Origin: Minisyncoccota bacterium
GTDB taxonomy: Bacteria > Patescibacteriota > Minisyncoccia > Phycocordibacterales > WO2-35-19
Reading direction: 5' to 3'
Assembly (NCBI GenBank): GCA_041664625.1
Contig: JBAYKK010000001.1
Span: forward strand, 1,956-65,955
DNA: 64,000 nt
The notes under the pieces: generated by a model
Database searches by the model: none
What the model saw: the letters and a program-made list of their open reading frames with translations, nothing else
What the model was told of the DNA's origin: nothing
Shown: positions 47,891 to 58,188 of the stretch, piece by piece
How the letters are laid out: every line of letters begins with the position of its first letter
Position numbering within the stretch: the first letter of the stretch is position 1
Program-made: the position numbers and the translations under genes

Positions 47891-48256
47891 ATGGCCGTTA
47901 AAGTTTTGGTGGTGGAAGACGAAGAGGACTTCCACAGATTATGGAAGGAAGAGGTAGGGAACAACGTGGAAATTCTCAGTGCCTATAGCATTCAGGATGC
48001 TATAGCTCTGTTCAATTCCAATCCGGACATATCCATGATAGTCATGGACGCATGTGTACCTGGGAACCAACAAAATACAGCCCCTTTAGTAAAGTGGCTG
48101 AGGGAAAAATTCAAGGGCCCACTCATTGCAACCTCGAGCGTGCCCTGTTTCAGGGTCGAACTCCTGAAGGCTGGATGCAGTCATGAGTCCCAGAAGCGAC
48201 ACGTACCCAAGAAGGTGCTGGAACTTCTGGAATCTGGAATTGTGTCCGGGCATTGA
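47891..48256 (+). CDS. Stand-alone response regulator receiver domain
   Basis: KVLVVEDE, IVMD, IATSS; GAAAGGAG RBS. Confidence 0.8.
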   Translation: MAVKVLVVEDEEDFHRLWKEEVGNNVEILSAYSIQDAIALFNSNPDISMIVMDACVPGNQQNTAPLVKWLREKFKGPLIATSSVPCFRVELLKAGCSHESQKRHVPKKVLELLESGIVSGH

Positions 48257-48388
48257 GTGAGGTCTGCCCATCAGGGCCAGTCTGCGATAACATCAATGGC
48301 TGGCTCTTTCTTTTTGTTTAATTCACATTTTTTAAATACAAAATAGCCGCAGGGGTGCGTGGAGCGCCCCTGCGGCTGTTGTGGAGCG

Positions 48389-49057
48389 TTAGCTCCTACT
48401 GTTGCGTTGACGACGGGCGATAAGCCCGACGAGAAAAAGTCCGAGAGTCGCCGTGCCGTAGGTGGCCGGTTCGGGCACCTGACTGCCCGTGACCTGCAGC
48501 TCACTGGCGATCCCGTTGGAGTCGCCAAAGAGCTGGAATGAAGTTATTTTCAGAACGTTCGTTCCAGACTGGAACCATGCCGGGTTCAGGGAACCCGAGA
48601 ACATGGTGCTGGAAACGCATCCTGGCGTCCCCAACACGCAGTGTTCAGCCGGGTTGGTGTCCGTCGGTGAGACGGCCAGTTGCCCGTTCAGGGTGGCCGA
48701 AGCGGTGTCGTCGGCCAGAAGCTTCAATGTTGCCGATGTGACCATGAAGCCAGCCGGCAGAGTGAAGGTTTGGGTGAACTCCTGCACGGTCCCGTTGGGG
48801 ACCTGGAAGTATTCCGCGTTGTGAGCACCAGACTGCCAATGGGAGATCCACGGCACTCCGGGCATCGAATACCACGCCGAGTTGGCCGGAATGGCCAGAA
48901 CCGAACCGTCGCCCTTGTCGACCCAGATTGAGTCATCGGCAGTGTTTGTGGCCGAAGAATGCGACTGGAAAGTCAGGGTAGTGACGGGTGTCGCGCCGGC
49001 CGTGATGGCCAACACGAAAATCAAAAAAGCTGCCGTAAGGTAGCCGTTGTACTTCAC
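48389..49057 (-). CDS. PEP-CTERM sorting domain protein
   Basis: Signal peptide, C-terminal VPEP-TM-RRQR; visibly GC-rich; TTGACA-17-TACTAT, GGAGG RBS, terminator 48343-48378. Confidence 0.85.
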   Translation of the reverse strand: MKYNGYLTAAFLIFVLAITAGATPVTTLTFQSHSSATNTADDSIWVDKGDGSVLAIPANSAWYSMPGVPWISHWQSGAHNAEYFQVPNGTVQEFTQTFTLPAGFMVTSATLKLLADDTASATLNGQLAVSPTDTNPAEHCVLGTPGCVSSTMFSGSLNPAWFQSGTNVLKITSFQLFGDSNGIASELQVTGSQVPEPATYGTATLGLFLVGLIARRQRNSRS

Positions 49058-49303
49058 TTCTTTTTCCTCCAAAGATCAATTTTTGGGTTACCTCAGGGGC
49101 AACCTCTAGAACTGCTTATATAGTAAACAAATATAAAAGATTTGTCAATAAAGTATATCCTAATCTATATTTGGGTGTTCGAGATCTTTATTATGCACCG
49201 GTATTACACCAAAATATACTTGACAAGTATTGGGGTGGGCGTAAAATCTCTAACATAGTGTTAGGTGCTAGGAATTTATTAAGTGTTTATTAATTTTAAT
49301 ACT

Positions 49304-52300
49304 ATGAAAAACAAATATTTTGAAGCCGGGCTTTCAAAATTAGCCTTGGCATTTTTGGCGTTGATAATAGCGCTACCGATGACATTTATGCCGTCAGTGG
49401 CAAATGCGATTAGTCCTACAACTATTTTTTCTGATGGATTTGAAGCCCCAACTGGTGTAGGTAATTGGATAGAATCTGGGTGGAGTTCAAGTAGTGACGG
49501 TCATGGTGTTGGTAAATCAGCAAAATTGGTTGGAGCAGAAAATGCCCAGACAATGCAAAAAAATATATCAACATCAGGTTATGAAAATATCTCTTTGAGT
49601 TTCTGGTATAAGGCATATGATCTTGATACTTCTGGTCATCTTGACAAGGTTGAGGTATTTTACACACTAGATGGTTCTAGCTGGGTTGAAGTGTCTGGCG
49701 CTCAAATTGATGACAATGATGATGATAATAATTGGCACCAATTTTCTTTCTCTAGTTTTCCATCTGGAGCAAACAATAATCTAAATTTTGGCGTAAAATT
49801 TGATGGGGATTTGAATTCTGATAATGATAAAGTTTGGGTGGATGACGTTTCTTTAACTGGCGCCTCAATTCCAGTTCCTGTAAACGGTGGTTGGTCAGAG
49901 TGGTCTCCATCTTCTTGCCCAACAGCTCCGGGTTCTCCCGAATCTCAGTTGGTACGTACATGCACAAATCCAACTCCCGCTAATGGGGGCAGAGAGTGTC
50001 AAGGAGAAGCTACTCAAGTCTGTGCTGCTGTGCCAGCTGATACAGATCAGGATGGTGTGCCAGATTATACAGACAATTGCCCTTCAACAGCAAATTCTAA
50101 TCAAGAAGACAGAGACGGTGATGGTGTAGGCGATGCTTGTGATAACTGCATATCAAACGCAAACGCTAATCAGGCCGATGAAAATCAAAATGGTGTAGGT
50201 GATATTTGTGAGGTTCCAGATGAACCAACAACAGGAACAATTAAAATTACAAAATATGCATGTCCTGCAGATACTTCTGTAGTTAGATCTGCAAATGGTG
50301 TTGAGGGAACAGTTCCTCCTTTGTGTGAACTTCAATCAGGAGCAACATTTGGATTTGTCCACGGCACACAAACAGATGCAAATGCTCCATATCCGGAATT
50401 GACTGCGAATCTTACTGCGGGCGGTACAACTGATGGTAGTGGTGTATTAAATATTACTGATTTACCAGCAGATGGGAGATATTTGGTAGTAGAAACCGAT
50501 GGTAATAATACAAAAATCCCGGATGGAGATATTTTAGGACTATATTGTGTAGGAGATGGTGATACGTCAAATAATAATGATAACCAAGAGCTAACTTTTG
50601 TTTCTGCGGGTGGTACAGTAAATTGTGTTGCTTATAACAAAGCTAAAGAAGTGCCTGCACCTGTCTGTGATCCAGAAAAAAATCTTATTGCAAATGGTGG
50701 TTTTGAGAATCCACTTGTTGAGACCCCAGAAAAATGGAATACGTTTGCTTCTGGATTTACTGGTCTTGAGTGGATTGTAAATTGGTTAAATCCTGATGGG
50801 GCACCAACGGTTGCAAATCTAGAACTTCATAAAACTGGTATCATATCAGGATGGAATGCTCTAGAAGGTGTTCAATATGCAGAATTAGATACCGATTTTG
50901 GAGCACCTCCATCAAATCCAGGTGGAGCGGCTTCCGTTTCTATCGCACAAGAAATACAAACTATTCCAGGCAAAAATTACAAACTTACTTTTGATTTTTC
51001 ACCACGACCAAATAGAGATACAACAGAAAATGTTTTAGGAGTATTTTGGGGTGGAGAGCAGGTACCAGGTAGCCCAGTTTCAGCTGCTGGCAATGGTACT
51101 AATAATGTTTGGGCACCTTATACTTTCAATTTTTCCGCGACAACCTCTCTTACAACCTTGATGTTTAAAGATTTGGGTATTTCTAATTCAGAAGGAACAT
51201 TTTTGGATAATGTCAGTTTGACTTGCCAAAACGAAGCAGAAGATCCTTGTACTTATTTTGATGAAGTTGTCGTTTCTGATGAGACCAATATGGTTGGCGA
51301 AAATCCTGCTCAATTGACGTGGACTCATGAATTATGGGTCTCTACTACTACTTCCGCCAAATGGATATGGAGTGATGCCACAGTTCAAAATCCTACCCAA
51401 TACGAGGTAAAAACATTTACCAAAACTTTCACTTTGAACGGTAATCCGACATCTGATGCTCTGCTTTCTATCGCTTCTGACAATACATACAAAGTGCTCG
51501 TAAATGGTAATGAAATTGCTTCTACCACCAATGAAGCAAATTATGCAGCCTTTACTGATTATGTAGTCCCTGCGTCTGCTCTGATTTATGGTGAAAATAC
51601 GATTACTGTCGAAGTCCACAATTGGGCATTAGAAGGAGCTACTCCAGAGACCAACCCAGCCGGAGTTATTTATGCACTTTATGTCAATACCAAAAACTGC
51701 CCTGGTGACAATCCTCAAGAACCGGACAAATTACAGGTGAAGATATACAAATATCTTGATGGTGTTCAGGCGACGGCTCAATCTGTAAACAATTACGAAT
51801 TCCCAATGCATGCGGTTTGGAGTTGGCCAGCAAGTGAACAACTTCAAGGAAGTGAAGGGGCTGGTGATTATTTGTTGGGGCTCAGCGGCCATGGTGGCTC
51901 AGGTTCTTATGAAGCTTTCACTTCGACTATGAACGCGCCTGCCATATATCAAACCTACGAAAGGACTAGTGATATGTATGCGGAAAGTAATGTATTGCCG
52001 ATAGATAGCCAGTGTGTTGAGGGTAAATATAGATTGAAGGGTTACAGATGGGGAAATTCTCCAACTGAAGCGCAATCGGCCTCACTTTCTACGACTTATC
52101 CTGACTTCACCAATTTGACAGCTGATAAGTATGTAATCGTTGAGAACGAAACCTGTCCTGAGGTTATTGAGCCTCTACGATGTGAACAGGGATATCATGA
52201 AGAGGAAAACGTGTGTGTACTAGATGAAAGAGAAGAACAACAACAAGATCCAGCTCCAACCATAACTCAAACCTCTGGTGGTAGAAGACATGATGTGAGC

Positions 52301-52669
52301 GGTTTATTCGGAGGAGGATCAGTTTTGGGAGCTTCAACTGAAGGCAGTTTGTTATGCGAACCATATTTAAAAGATTATATTAAATTTGGAGGCAATAATA
52401 ATTCAGAAGAAGTCAAAAAACTTCAAATATTCCTAAATCAATTCTTTGAGACCAATAATCCGGTTACTGGATTTTACGGCCAGATCACTTATGATATGGT
52501 GAAAAAATTCCAGGCCCATCAAGAAGCAGGCACTCTCACTCCTTGGGCTTCTGCAGGAGTACCAACAGATGGACCAACAGGTTATGTTTATAAAACCACC
52601 AAGAGATGGATAAATATCTTGAAGTGTCCTGATATGATCGCAAGTACTCCTGTTCCACAACTTCCATAA
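49304..52669 (+). CDS. Large surface protein: TSP1, TSP3 repeats, DUF642-like and jelly-roll domains, C-terminal PG-binding-like domain
   Basis: GGWSEWS..RTCTNP.P.NGG..C.G; DTDQDGVPD..DNCP; NLIANGGFE..FLDNV; EVKKLQIFLN..TGFYG.IT...VKKFQ. Confidence 0.8.
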   Translation: MKNKYFEAGLSKLALAFLALIIALPMTFMPSVANAISPTTIFSDGFEAPTGVGNWIESGWSSSSDGHGVGKSAKLVGAENAQTMQKNISTSGYENISLSFWYKAYDLDTSGHLDKVEVFYTLDGSSWVEVSGAQIDDNDDDNNWHQFSFSSFPSGANNNLNFGVKFDGDLNSDNDKVWVDDVSLTGASIPVPVNGGWSEWSPSSCPTAPGSPESQLVRTCTNPTPANGGRECQGEATQVCAAVPADTDQDGVPDYTDNCPSTANSNQEDRDGDGVGDACDNCISNANANQADENQNGVGDICEVPDEPTTGTIKITKYACPADTSVVRSANGVEGTVPPLCELQSGATFGFVHGTQTDANAPYPELTANLTAGGTTDGSGVLNITDLPADGRYLVVETDGNNTKIPDGDILGLYCVGDGDTSNNNDNQELTFVSAGGTVNCVAYNKAKEVPAPVCDPEKNLIANGGFENPLVETPEKWNTFASGFTGLEWIVNWLNPDGAPTVANLELHKTGIISGWNALEGVQYAELDTDFGAPPSNPGGAASVSIAQEIQTIPGKNYKLTFDFSPRPNRDTTENVLGVFWGGEQVPGSPVSAAGNGTNNVWAPYTFNFSATTSLTTLMFKDLGISNSEGTFLDNVSLTCQNEAEDPCTYFDEVVVSDETNMVGENPAQLTWTHELWVSTTTSAKWIWSDATVQNPTQYEVKTFTKTFTLNGNPTSDALLSIASDNTYKVLVNGNEIASTTNEANYAAFTDYVVPASALIYGENTITVEVHNWALEGATPETNPAGVIYALYVNTKNCPGDNPQEPDKLQVKIYKYLDGVQATAQSVNNYEFPMHAVWSWPASEQLQGSEGAGDYLLGLSGHGGSGSYEAFTSTMNAPAIYQTYERTSDMYAESNVLPIDSQCVEGKYRLKGYRWGNSPTEAQSASLSTTYPDFTNLTADKYVIVENETCPEVIEPLRCEQGYHEEENVCVLDEREEQQQDPAPTITQTSGGRRHDVSGLFGGGSVLGASTEGSLLCEPYLKDYIKFGGNNNSEEVKKLQIFLNQFFETNNPVTGFYGQITYDMVKKFQAHQEAGTLTPWASAGVPTDGPTGYVYKTTKRWINILKCPDMIASTPVPQLP

Positions 52670-52684
52670 GCTAACAAAGTAGCT

Positions 52685-52730
52685 AAAATAAAAAACACCC
52701 CATACGATACAGGGGGGTGTTTTTTATTTT
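52685..52730. terminator. Intrinsic terminator
   Basis: AAAATAAAAAACACCCC...GGGGTGTTTTTTATTTT. Confidence 0.75.
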
Positions 52731-52760
52731 ATTGTTTAATGTGGTATTATGTAAATTAAG

Positions 52761-53276
52761 ATGAATAATAAAAAAGAAATTATGAGACTAAAAATATTTA
52801 CTGCAATTTTAGTAGTGTTGGTCCTTTTGATGGGGACGGTGCCCTCTTTTAGAGCACCTATCTTTGACTCACTTTCTGCTATTTATGCTTCTGTGCTTGT
52901 AAATTTGACCAATAAAGACAGAGTATCGGCCAATCTCTCCGAACTTAAAGTCAATGCTTTGCTAGAAAAAGCGGCTCAAATGAAAGCCGATGATATGGCT
53001 ACCAAAGGTTATTTTGCTCACAATACACCCGAAGGTTTTACCCCGTGGTATTGGCTTGGCAAAGCTGGTTATGAATATATTTATGCCGGCGAAAATCTAG
53101 CTGTCAATTTTGAAGAAAGTAGCCAAGTAGAAACCGCTTGGATGAATTCTCGTGGTCACTTTCTAAACATAATGAACCCCAAATATACCGAAATTGGCAT
53201 AGCTACTTCTACCGGCATGTACAAGGGTCGCCAAGCCGTGTTTGTAGTCCAAATGTTCGGCACACCTGTTAAATAA
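52761..53276 (+). CDS. CAP/SCP domain protein
   Basis: TN..R, YFAH, AGENLA, WMNS.GH..NI. Confidence 0.9.
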   Translation: MNNKKEIMRLKIFTAILVVLVLLMGTVPSFRAPIFDSLSAIYASVLVNLTNKDRVSANLSELKVNALLEKAAQMKADDMATKGYFAHNTPEGFTPWYWLGKAGYEYIYAGENLAVNFEESSQVETAWMNSRGHFLNIMNPKYTEIGIATSTGMYKGRQAVFVVQMFGTPVK

Positions 53277-53287
53277 TAAATAGTTTT

Positions 53288-54217
53288 TTATTTTATTTTC
53301 TGTAACTCTAGATAAATATCTTCTAGGGCTTTGATGGCGTCGCCGACGGCGATGTTGTTTTGGTGGTAAAGACCATCGGTGCAATCTCCAGATGCCCAAA
53401 TGCCTTTGATGTTGGTCCTTTGATTTTTATGGTCTACTATAATATTTTTAAACTCATTCATTTTTATGCCGATTGGTTCCGCGAAACCAGTAGAAGGTAT
53501 GTGGCCGATTTCTACAAAAATGCCGTCCACTTCGATCTCTACATTTTTGGCAGAAGCTTCATTTTTTTTGTAAATTAAAGATTTTACAAAATTATCACCT
53601 TTTATTTCTATTGGTGTAGTGTTGGCCAGAGCGGTCATCTTGGGATTGGCCAATACTTTTTCTATTGTTACGGGGTCTGCTCTGAAATCACCACGACTCA
53701 TGAGGGTGACGCTTTTGCAGTAAGCGAGCAGTTGAGCGGCCGACTCAAATCCGGCGTTACCTCCACCTATTATGGCCACATTTTTGTCGGCAAAAAACAA
53801 CCCATCACAAGATGCACAATAACTTATACCTTTGCCTTCAAATTCAGAAGCTCCTGCAATATCCAACTTTTTTCTAGAACTGCCACTAGATATCAAAATA
53901 GTTTTGGTATCGTAAGTCTCTTTGTTTGTTTTTACAGAAAATCCTTGGTCTGTCTTTTCTACTTCTTCCGCTCGTTCTCCTTCTTTTATTTCTACAAACT
54001 TACCGGCATAAAATTTAACATGCTCCTTCAATTTTTTGGCAAGTTCGATACCAGAAATAGCGGGTGTGCCTATCCAGTTTTGGATTTCTTCTGATTCTAC
54101 ACTTTGACCGCCAAAAGACTCGGCTACGAGTAATGTTTTTATTTGTTTGCGGGCTGCATAAACCCCGGCAGCCGCTCCGGCTGGTCCACCGCCTATAATA
54201 ATTAAATCATATTCCAT
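53288..54217 (-). CDS. trxB: Thioredoxin reductase / AhpF-like FAD oxidoreductase
   Basis: GGGPAG, SYCASCDG, GGGNAG, GD. Confidence 0.88.
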   Translation of the reverse strand: MEYDLIIIGGGPAGAAAGVYAARKQIKTLLVAESFGGQSVESEEIQNWIGTPAISGIELAKKLKEHVKFYAGKFVEIKEGERAEEVEKTDQGFSVKTNKETYDTKTILISSGSSRKKLDIAGASEFEGKGISYCASCDGLFFADKNVAIIGGGNAGFESAAQLLAYCKSVTLMSRGDFRADPVTIEKVLANPKMTALANTTPIEIKGDNFVKSLIYKKNEASAKNVEIEVDGIFVEIGHIPSTGFAEPIGIKMNEFKNIIVDHKNQRTNIKGIWASGDCTDGLYHQNNIAVGDAIKALEDIYLELQKIK

Positions 54218-54311
54218 AAAATTATTGTATCATATAGCTACCTCATTTTGAAATTACTACCTCACCCCTAACCCCTCCCCTTGCAAAGGGGAGGGGAAAG
54301 AGACAAAAACA

Positions 54312-54665
54312 ATGTCAAAAATTCATAATAATAAAATTTTCATAGAAAGAAGAGTAGAATTACGAAAGAATCAAACTCCGACAGAAGAAAAATTGTGGTT
54401 CTTTCTTCGAGGTAATAAACTTAACGGAGTAAAATTTAAAAGACAGCATAGTATAGGAGGTTATATTCCGGATTTTTATTGCGCCAAAAAGAAATTGATT
54501 ATTGAACTTGATGGAGAAATACATAACACAACTGAAGCTCGAGAATATGACGAAGTAAGAGATAAGTTTTTTAAGGAACTTGGATATACAACACTCAGAT
54601 TTTTGAATAGGGAAATAGAGAATGATATTGATGAGGTTTTGGACAAAATATCAAAATTTTTGTAA
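54312..54665 (+). CDS. DUF559 (Vsr-like) endonuclease
   Basis: LRKNQT.TE..LW..LR, FKRQH.IG.YI.DFYC, IIELDGEIH, D..RD, LRF.N. Confidence 0.9.
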   Translation: MSKIHNNKIFIERRVELRKNQTPTEEKLWFFLRGNKLNGVKFKRQHSIGGYIPDFYCAKKKLIIELDGEIHNTTEAREYDEVRDKFFKELGYTTLRFLNREIENDIDEVLDKISKFL

Positions 54666-54715
54666 CAGAAAACCCGCCCATCGCACGAGCAGGAATTCCT
54701 GTCGCCAATGGCGGG

Positions 54716-54928
54716 TTAGCGAGAAACCACAATCTCGCCGGTCCGAAGGTCTACGATATGGGACCAGTCGTAACCGTCGAAGCCGGTGGTCTTGGGCAAC
54801 TTCTCAGTTGCTTCCTCGGTGGTGTTGAAGGACATTACTCGGCCGTCTTCTTTGCGAAGAACAGATTTCCACCCCTCGTGTTCGTCGCCATCGTTAATAC
54901 AGCCTGCGAAAATGATATATCTCAGCAT
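54716..54928 (-). CDS. Small orphan protein (passenger in the DUF559 cassette)
   Basis: TTGACA-17-TATAAT, GAGGAG RBS, hairpin 54670-54717. Confidence 0.6.
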   Translation of the reverse strand: MLRYIIFAGCINDGDEHEGWKSVLRKEDGRVMSFNTTEEATEKLPKTTGFDGYDWSHIVDLRTGEIVVSR

Positions 54929-55101
54929 ACTCAATCTCCTCTGTCTTAATTATACACCCATTCAATATATATGTCAAGCAAGAAAGAGTAAAAATGTTTT
55001 AAAATAAGGAGATTTTGGTATTTAGCCCCTCCACTTTGCAAGGGGAGGGGCAATCCGACGCAAGTCGGATGGGGTGAGGTAGTTTTTGAAGTGGGGGAAA
55101 A

Positions 55102-56268
55102 TTACTTGAGTTTTGACCTTCGCAGGAAAGCTGGCACAGCGCCCCATTCGTCATCATCGTCTATAATGTTTTGTTTTTTTTCTTCTTCGGGCTCAGCTAC
55201 TTCATCCTTTTTTTCTACCTTGTCGTTTCGGAAAACGGAATTGAAAATCTTACCTTTGGTGTCTTCGGTTTCTTCTGTGGTTCTATCATTGAATACGTTT
55301 TTTTTGGCATAACCATCTGGGAAGCCTGAAGCGATAACGGTGATTTTGATCTCACCTTTTTTGAGTTTTTCATCATGGACTGTTCCAAAAATGATTTTGG
55401 CATTTGGATCAACTGATTCAGTTATGAATTTGGCCGCATCATGAATTTCAAACATGGTTAAGTCGCCTCCACCGGCGATAGAAAATAATACACCTTTGGC
55501 ACCGTTTATTGAAACATCCAAAAGAGGGGAGTTGATAGCCATTTTAGCGGCTTCTTCGGCTCTTTTTTCGCCTGAAGCTCGCCCTATACCCATCAATGCC
55601 CCACCGGCGCCTTCCATGACCGCTCGGACATCGGCGAAGTCTATGTTGATGATACCGGGCATAGTGATGAGGTCGGAGATACCTTCAACCGCTTGTTTCA
55701 AAATATCATCACACATCGCAAAAGCATTTTTGGCTAAGGTTTCTTTGTCGATGGTCGCAAGTAGTCGGTCGTTTGGTATAACGATCAAGGCGTCAACTGA
55801 TTGTCTGAGTTCTTCTAAGCCCGCTTCAGCGATGCGCATTCTTTGTTGGCCTTCAAATGAAAATGGTTTGGTAACTACACCGACAGTGAGTGCCCCCAAT
55901 TCTTTGGCGGTACGAGCGATGACGGGGCCAGCTCCGGTGCCGGTACCACCACCTGGTCCATAAGCGATGAAAACCATATCAGCACCTTTTAAAGCTTCTT
56001 GTATTTCTTCTTTGGTTTCTTCTACCGCTCGCTTACCCATTTCAGGGTTCATACCGGTACCCAAACCTTTGGTTAAATTTTTGCCAATGTGGATTTTCTT
56101 CTTAGCTTCTGAATGATGTAAATCTTGAGCGTCTGTATTGACAGCGATGAATTCTACCCCTCTAACTTTGGAGTTTATCATATGGTTTACGGCGTTTTTA
56201 CCAGAACCACCAACGCCGACAACCTTTATTCGAGCAAATACTTCTACGTCTGATTTTATTTGAGGCAT
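55102..56268 (-). CDS. ftsZ: Cell division protein FtsZ
   Basis: GVGGSG, NTDAQ, GGGTGTG, NIDFADV, VPAFLRR. Confidence 0.98.
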   Translation of the reverse strand: MPQIKSDVEVFARIKVVGVGGSGKNAVNHMINSKVRGVEFIAVNTDAQDLHHSEAKKKIHIGKNLTKGLGTGMNPEMGKRAVEETKEEIQEALKGADMVFIAYGPGGGTGTGAGPVIARTAKELGALTVGVVTKPFSFEGQQRMRIAEAGLEELRQSVDALIVIPNDRLLATIDKETLAKNAFAMCDDILKQAVEGISDLITMPGIINIDFADVRAVMEGAGGALMGIGRASGEKRAEEAAKMAINSPLLDVSINGAKGVLFSIAGGGDLTMFEIHDAAKFITESVDPNAKIIFGTVHDEKLKKGEIKITVIASGFPDGYAKKNVFNDRTTEETEDTKGKIFNSVFRNDKVEKKDEVAEPEEEKKQNIIDDDDEWGAVPAFLRRSKLK

Positions 56269-56333
56269 AGGTATAGTCTACAAAAAATTGCCAAAAAAGC
56301 AAAGTTTGCAGTTGGCTTTAAATGTGTCGTAAA

Positions 56334-57524
56334 TTAGGGCAGAAACTGCTTTAAAGTTTCAAAAATATTTTTGATGAGATTGGTGCCGTGCTTTTTGAGG
56401 CCCAATCTTTTTTCCTCATCTGGCAAATTGCTTATGATACAAAGTCCGTAAGCTACAGACCAAGAAGAATCTTTGATTTGGAATTTGCCAGTTTGAGCGG
56501 TCGTATTACTTTCAATATTTAAAGAAGCGATACGGCTAGGTAATCTCAAATAACTTCGGGCTAGATCTTCTATCGGGCCAACTGATGATGAGCCACCGGT
56601 GATGATGATGCCGGCCGGCAAAACTCCAGACTTACCGTTTTTTTTGAGATGAGTTTCTATCAATTCAAAAATGTCTCCAAGTCTGGCAGAGATAATATCT
56701 TCCAATTTTTTTCGAGAATAACTGGTGCTGGTCACTCCACCTAGTTTGATAGCCTCAGCTTCTTCCAAAGAAATTTTTAAACCCAATGCGATATCGTTGG
56801 TGATGTCTGACCCGCCGATAGGGAAAACTTCAAGAGATATTGGTATGCTATTTTCAAAAACTACGATCGAAACTGTCTCTGCGCCAATGTTTGCCAAAAC
56901 ACAACCGGCGATTTTTTGGCTTTTGGTGAGAGTGACGAAACTAGCGGCGATAGGTGAGGCAACTACGTCGATCACTATCACCCCAGTGGCTTCTACGGCT
57001 TCCACCAAATCATCTAAATGTGATTCAATACAGCTTACAAACAAGGCTTTGCTCTCGAGTTTGATGCCTTTCAGACCGACTACTCTACCCAAAACCTGTT
57101 TGCCGTCTACTTTCCATGAGGTGGGAATTGAATATATGATTTTTCGATTTTGCATTAAAACTCCAGGGATAGATTCTTCAGCAGCGAGGAGAGCTTGCTC
57201 AGTGTCTGCTTCGGTGATTTCTTGATCAGCCTTGGAAACCATAGTTGATCCGTTGGAATTAACTCCAGATAGACCGATACCACCAATAGAAATAAAAGCC
57301 TTTTTTATTTTAATACCAGAAGTTTTTTCAGCTTGTTTGACGGCGAGGTCTACACTTTTGGCTACATCAGCAGTGTTGATGATATAACCGTGTCTCAAAC
57401 CTTTTGAACTTGCTCTGCCAGTACCGAGAATGATCGGCAAAGTATTTTCATCGTTTTGCTGCGCCACTACTACACGTACTTCATAAGTTCCTACGTCTAT
57501 ACCGGCTGTAATACGTGAGCTCAT
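56334..57524 (-). CDS. ftsA: Cell division protein FtsA
   Basis: GIDVGT, IGAETV, GG..IT.DIA, ITGG, amphipathic C-tail. Confidence 0.95.
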   Translation of the reverse strand: MSSRITAGIDVGTYEVRVVVAQQNDENTLPIILGTGRASSKGLRHGYIINTADVAKSVDLAVKQAEKTSGIKIKKAFISIGGIGLSGVNSNGSTMVSKADQEITEADTEQALLAAEESIPGVLMQNRKIIYSIPTSWKVDGKQVLGRVVGLKGIKLESKALFVSCIESHLDDLVEAVEATGVIVIDVVASPIAASFVTLTKSQKIAGCVLANIGAETVSIVVFENSIPISLEVFPIGGSDITNDIALGLKISLEEAEAIKLGGVTSTSYSRKKLEDIISARLGDIFELIETHLKKNGKSGVLPAGIIITGGSSSVGPIEDLARSYLRLPSRIASLNIESNTTAQTGKFQIKDSSWSVAYGLCIISNLPDEEKRLGLKKHGTNLIKNIFETLKQFLP

Positions 57525-57831
57525 ATTTTTCCATTTTATCACTATGTTCTAAGCCTTTCAAATGTAAATTTCCGTGGATAACTAAAAATAACAGATAATC
57601 GGCGAAAGTCATGCCAAATTTTTTTGATTTTATTTTTGCAATTTCTTTGCAGATCAAAATTTCTCCACTTTTTTTATCAAGCGGAAAAGACAAAATGTCA
57701 GTAGCTTCATTTTTTTGTCTATAAGTTTTATTTAAAAATTTTATACGTGCTTTGTTTACAAAAGCAAAAGAAAGCTCGTAACGCTTTCCTAAAATGTCTT
57801 CTTTTATTTGTTCGATAGGTAAGTTTTTCAT
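57481..57831 (-). CDS. ybeY: rRNA maturation RNase YbeY
   Basis: LNKTYR....TDILSF, HGNLHLKGLEH. Confidence 0.88.
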   Translation of the reverse strand: MKNLPIEQIKEDILGKRYELSFAFVNKARIKFLNKTYRQKNEATDILSFPLDKKSGEILICKEIAKIKSKKFGMTFADYLLFLVIHGNLHLKGLEHSDKMEKYELTYYSRYRRRNL

Positions 57832-57872
57832 TATTAAACAAATCAAATTAAAAATTTGATTTGCTCAAGATA

Positions 57873-58109
57873 TTATTCAATAGTACCGGTCATTTTGCCC
57901 ATCTTGATAAGCTCGTGGATTTTGGCTTTTTCGCCAAGTCTTTTTAAAGTTTTTTTCTTGGTAACGTATTCTGAAAGTTTCCTGACACTGTATCTTCGGC
58001 CACGGAGACGCGATAAAATACCAGAGCCTTGTACTCTTTTGGTAAACTTCCTTATAAGTCCCAAATTGTTATCTTTTTCGCCTTTGGTTATTTCTACGTT
58101 TATTGCCAT
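57873..58109 (-). CDS. rpsU: Divergent ribosomal protein bS21-like
   Basis: V.I.KGE....LIRKFTKRV..SGIL; basic; 78 aa. Confidence 0.55.
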   Translation of the reverse strand: MAINVEITKGEKDNNLGLIRKFTKRVQGSGILSRLRGRRYSVRKLSEYVTKKKTLKRLGEKAKIHELIKMGKMTGTIE

Positions 58110-58148
58110 ATGCAATATCCTAACATACCTTATAATTTTGTGCAAAAG

Positions 58149-58188
58149 AACCTCACCCCTAACCCCTCTCCTAGATGCAGGAGAGGGG
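58149..58188 (+). repeat. Family A palindrome
   Basis: AACCTCACCCCTAACCCCTCTCCT-agatgc-AGGAGAGGGG. Confidence 0.8.

Larger units (their letters stand above)
54256..55083. mobile_element. DUF559 cassette bounded by inverted family A palindromes
   Basis: Left ACTACCTCACCCC-taa-CCCCTCCCCTTGCAAAGGGGAGGGG; right (rc) ACTACCTCACCCC-[20-nt hairpin insert]-CCCCTCCCCTTGCAAAGTGGAGGGG. Confidence 0.65.
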
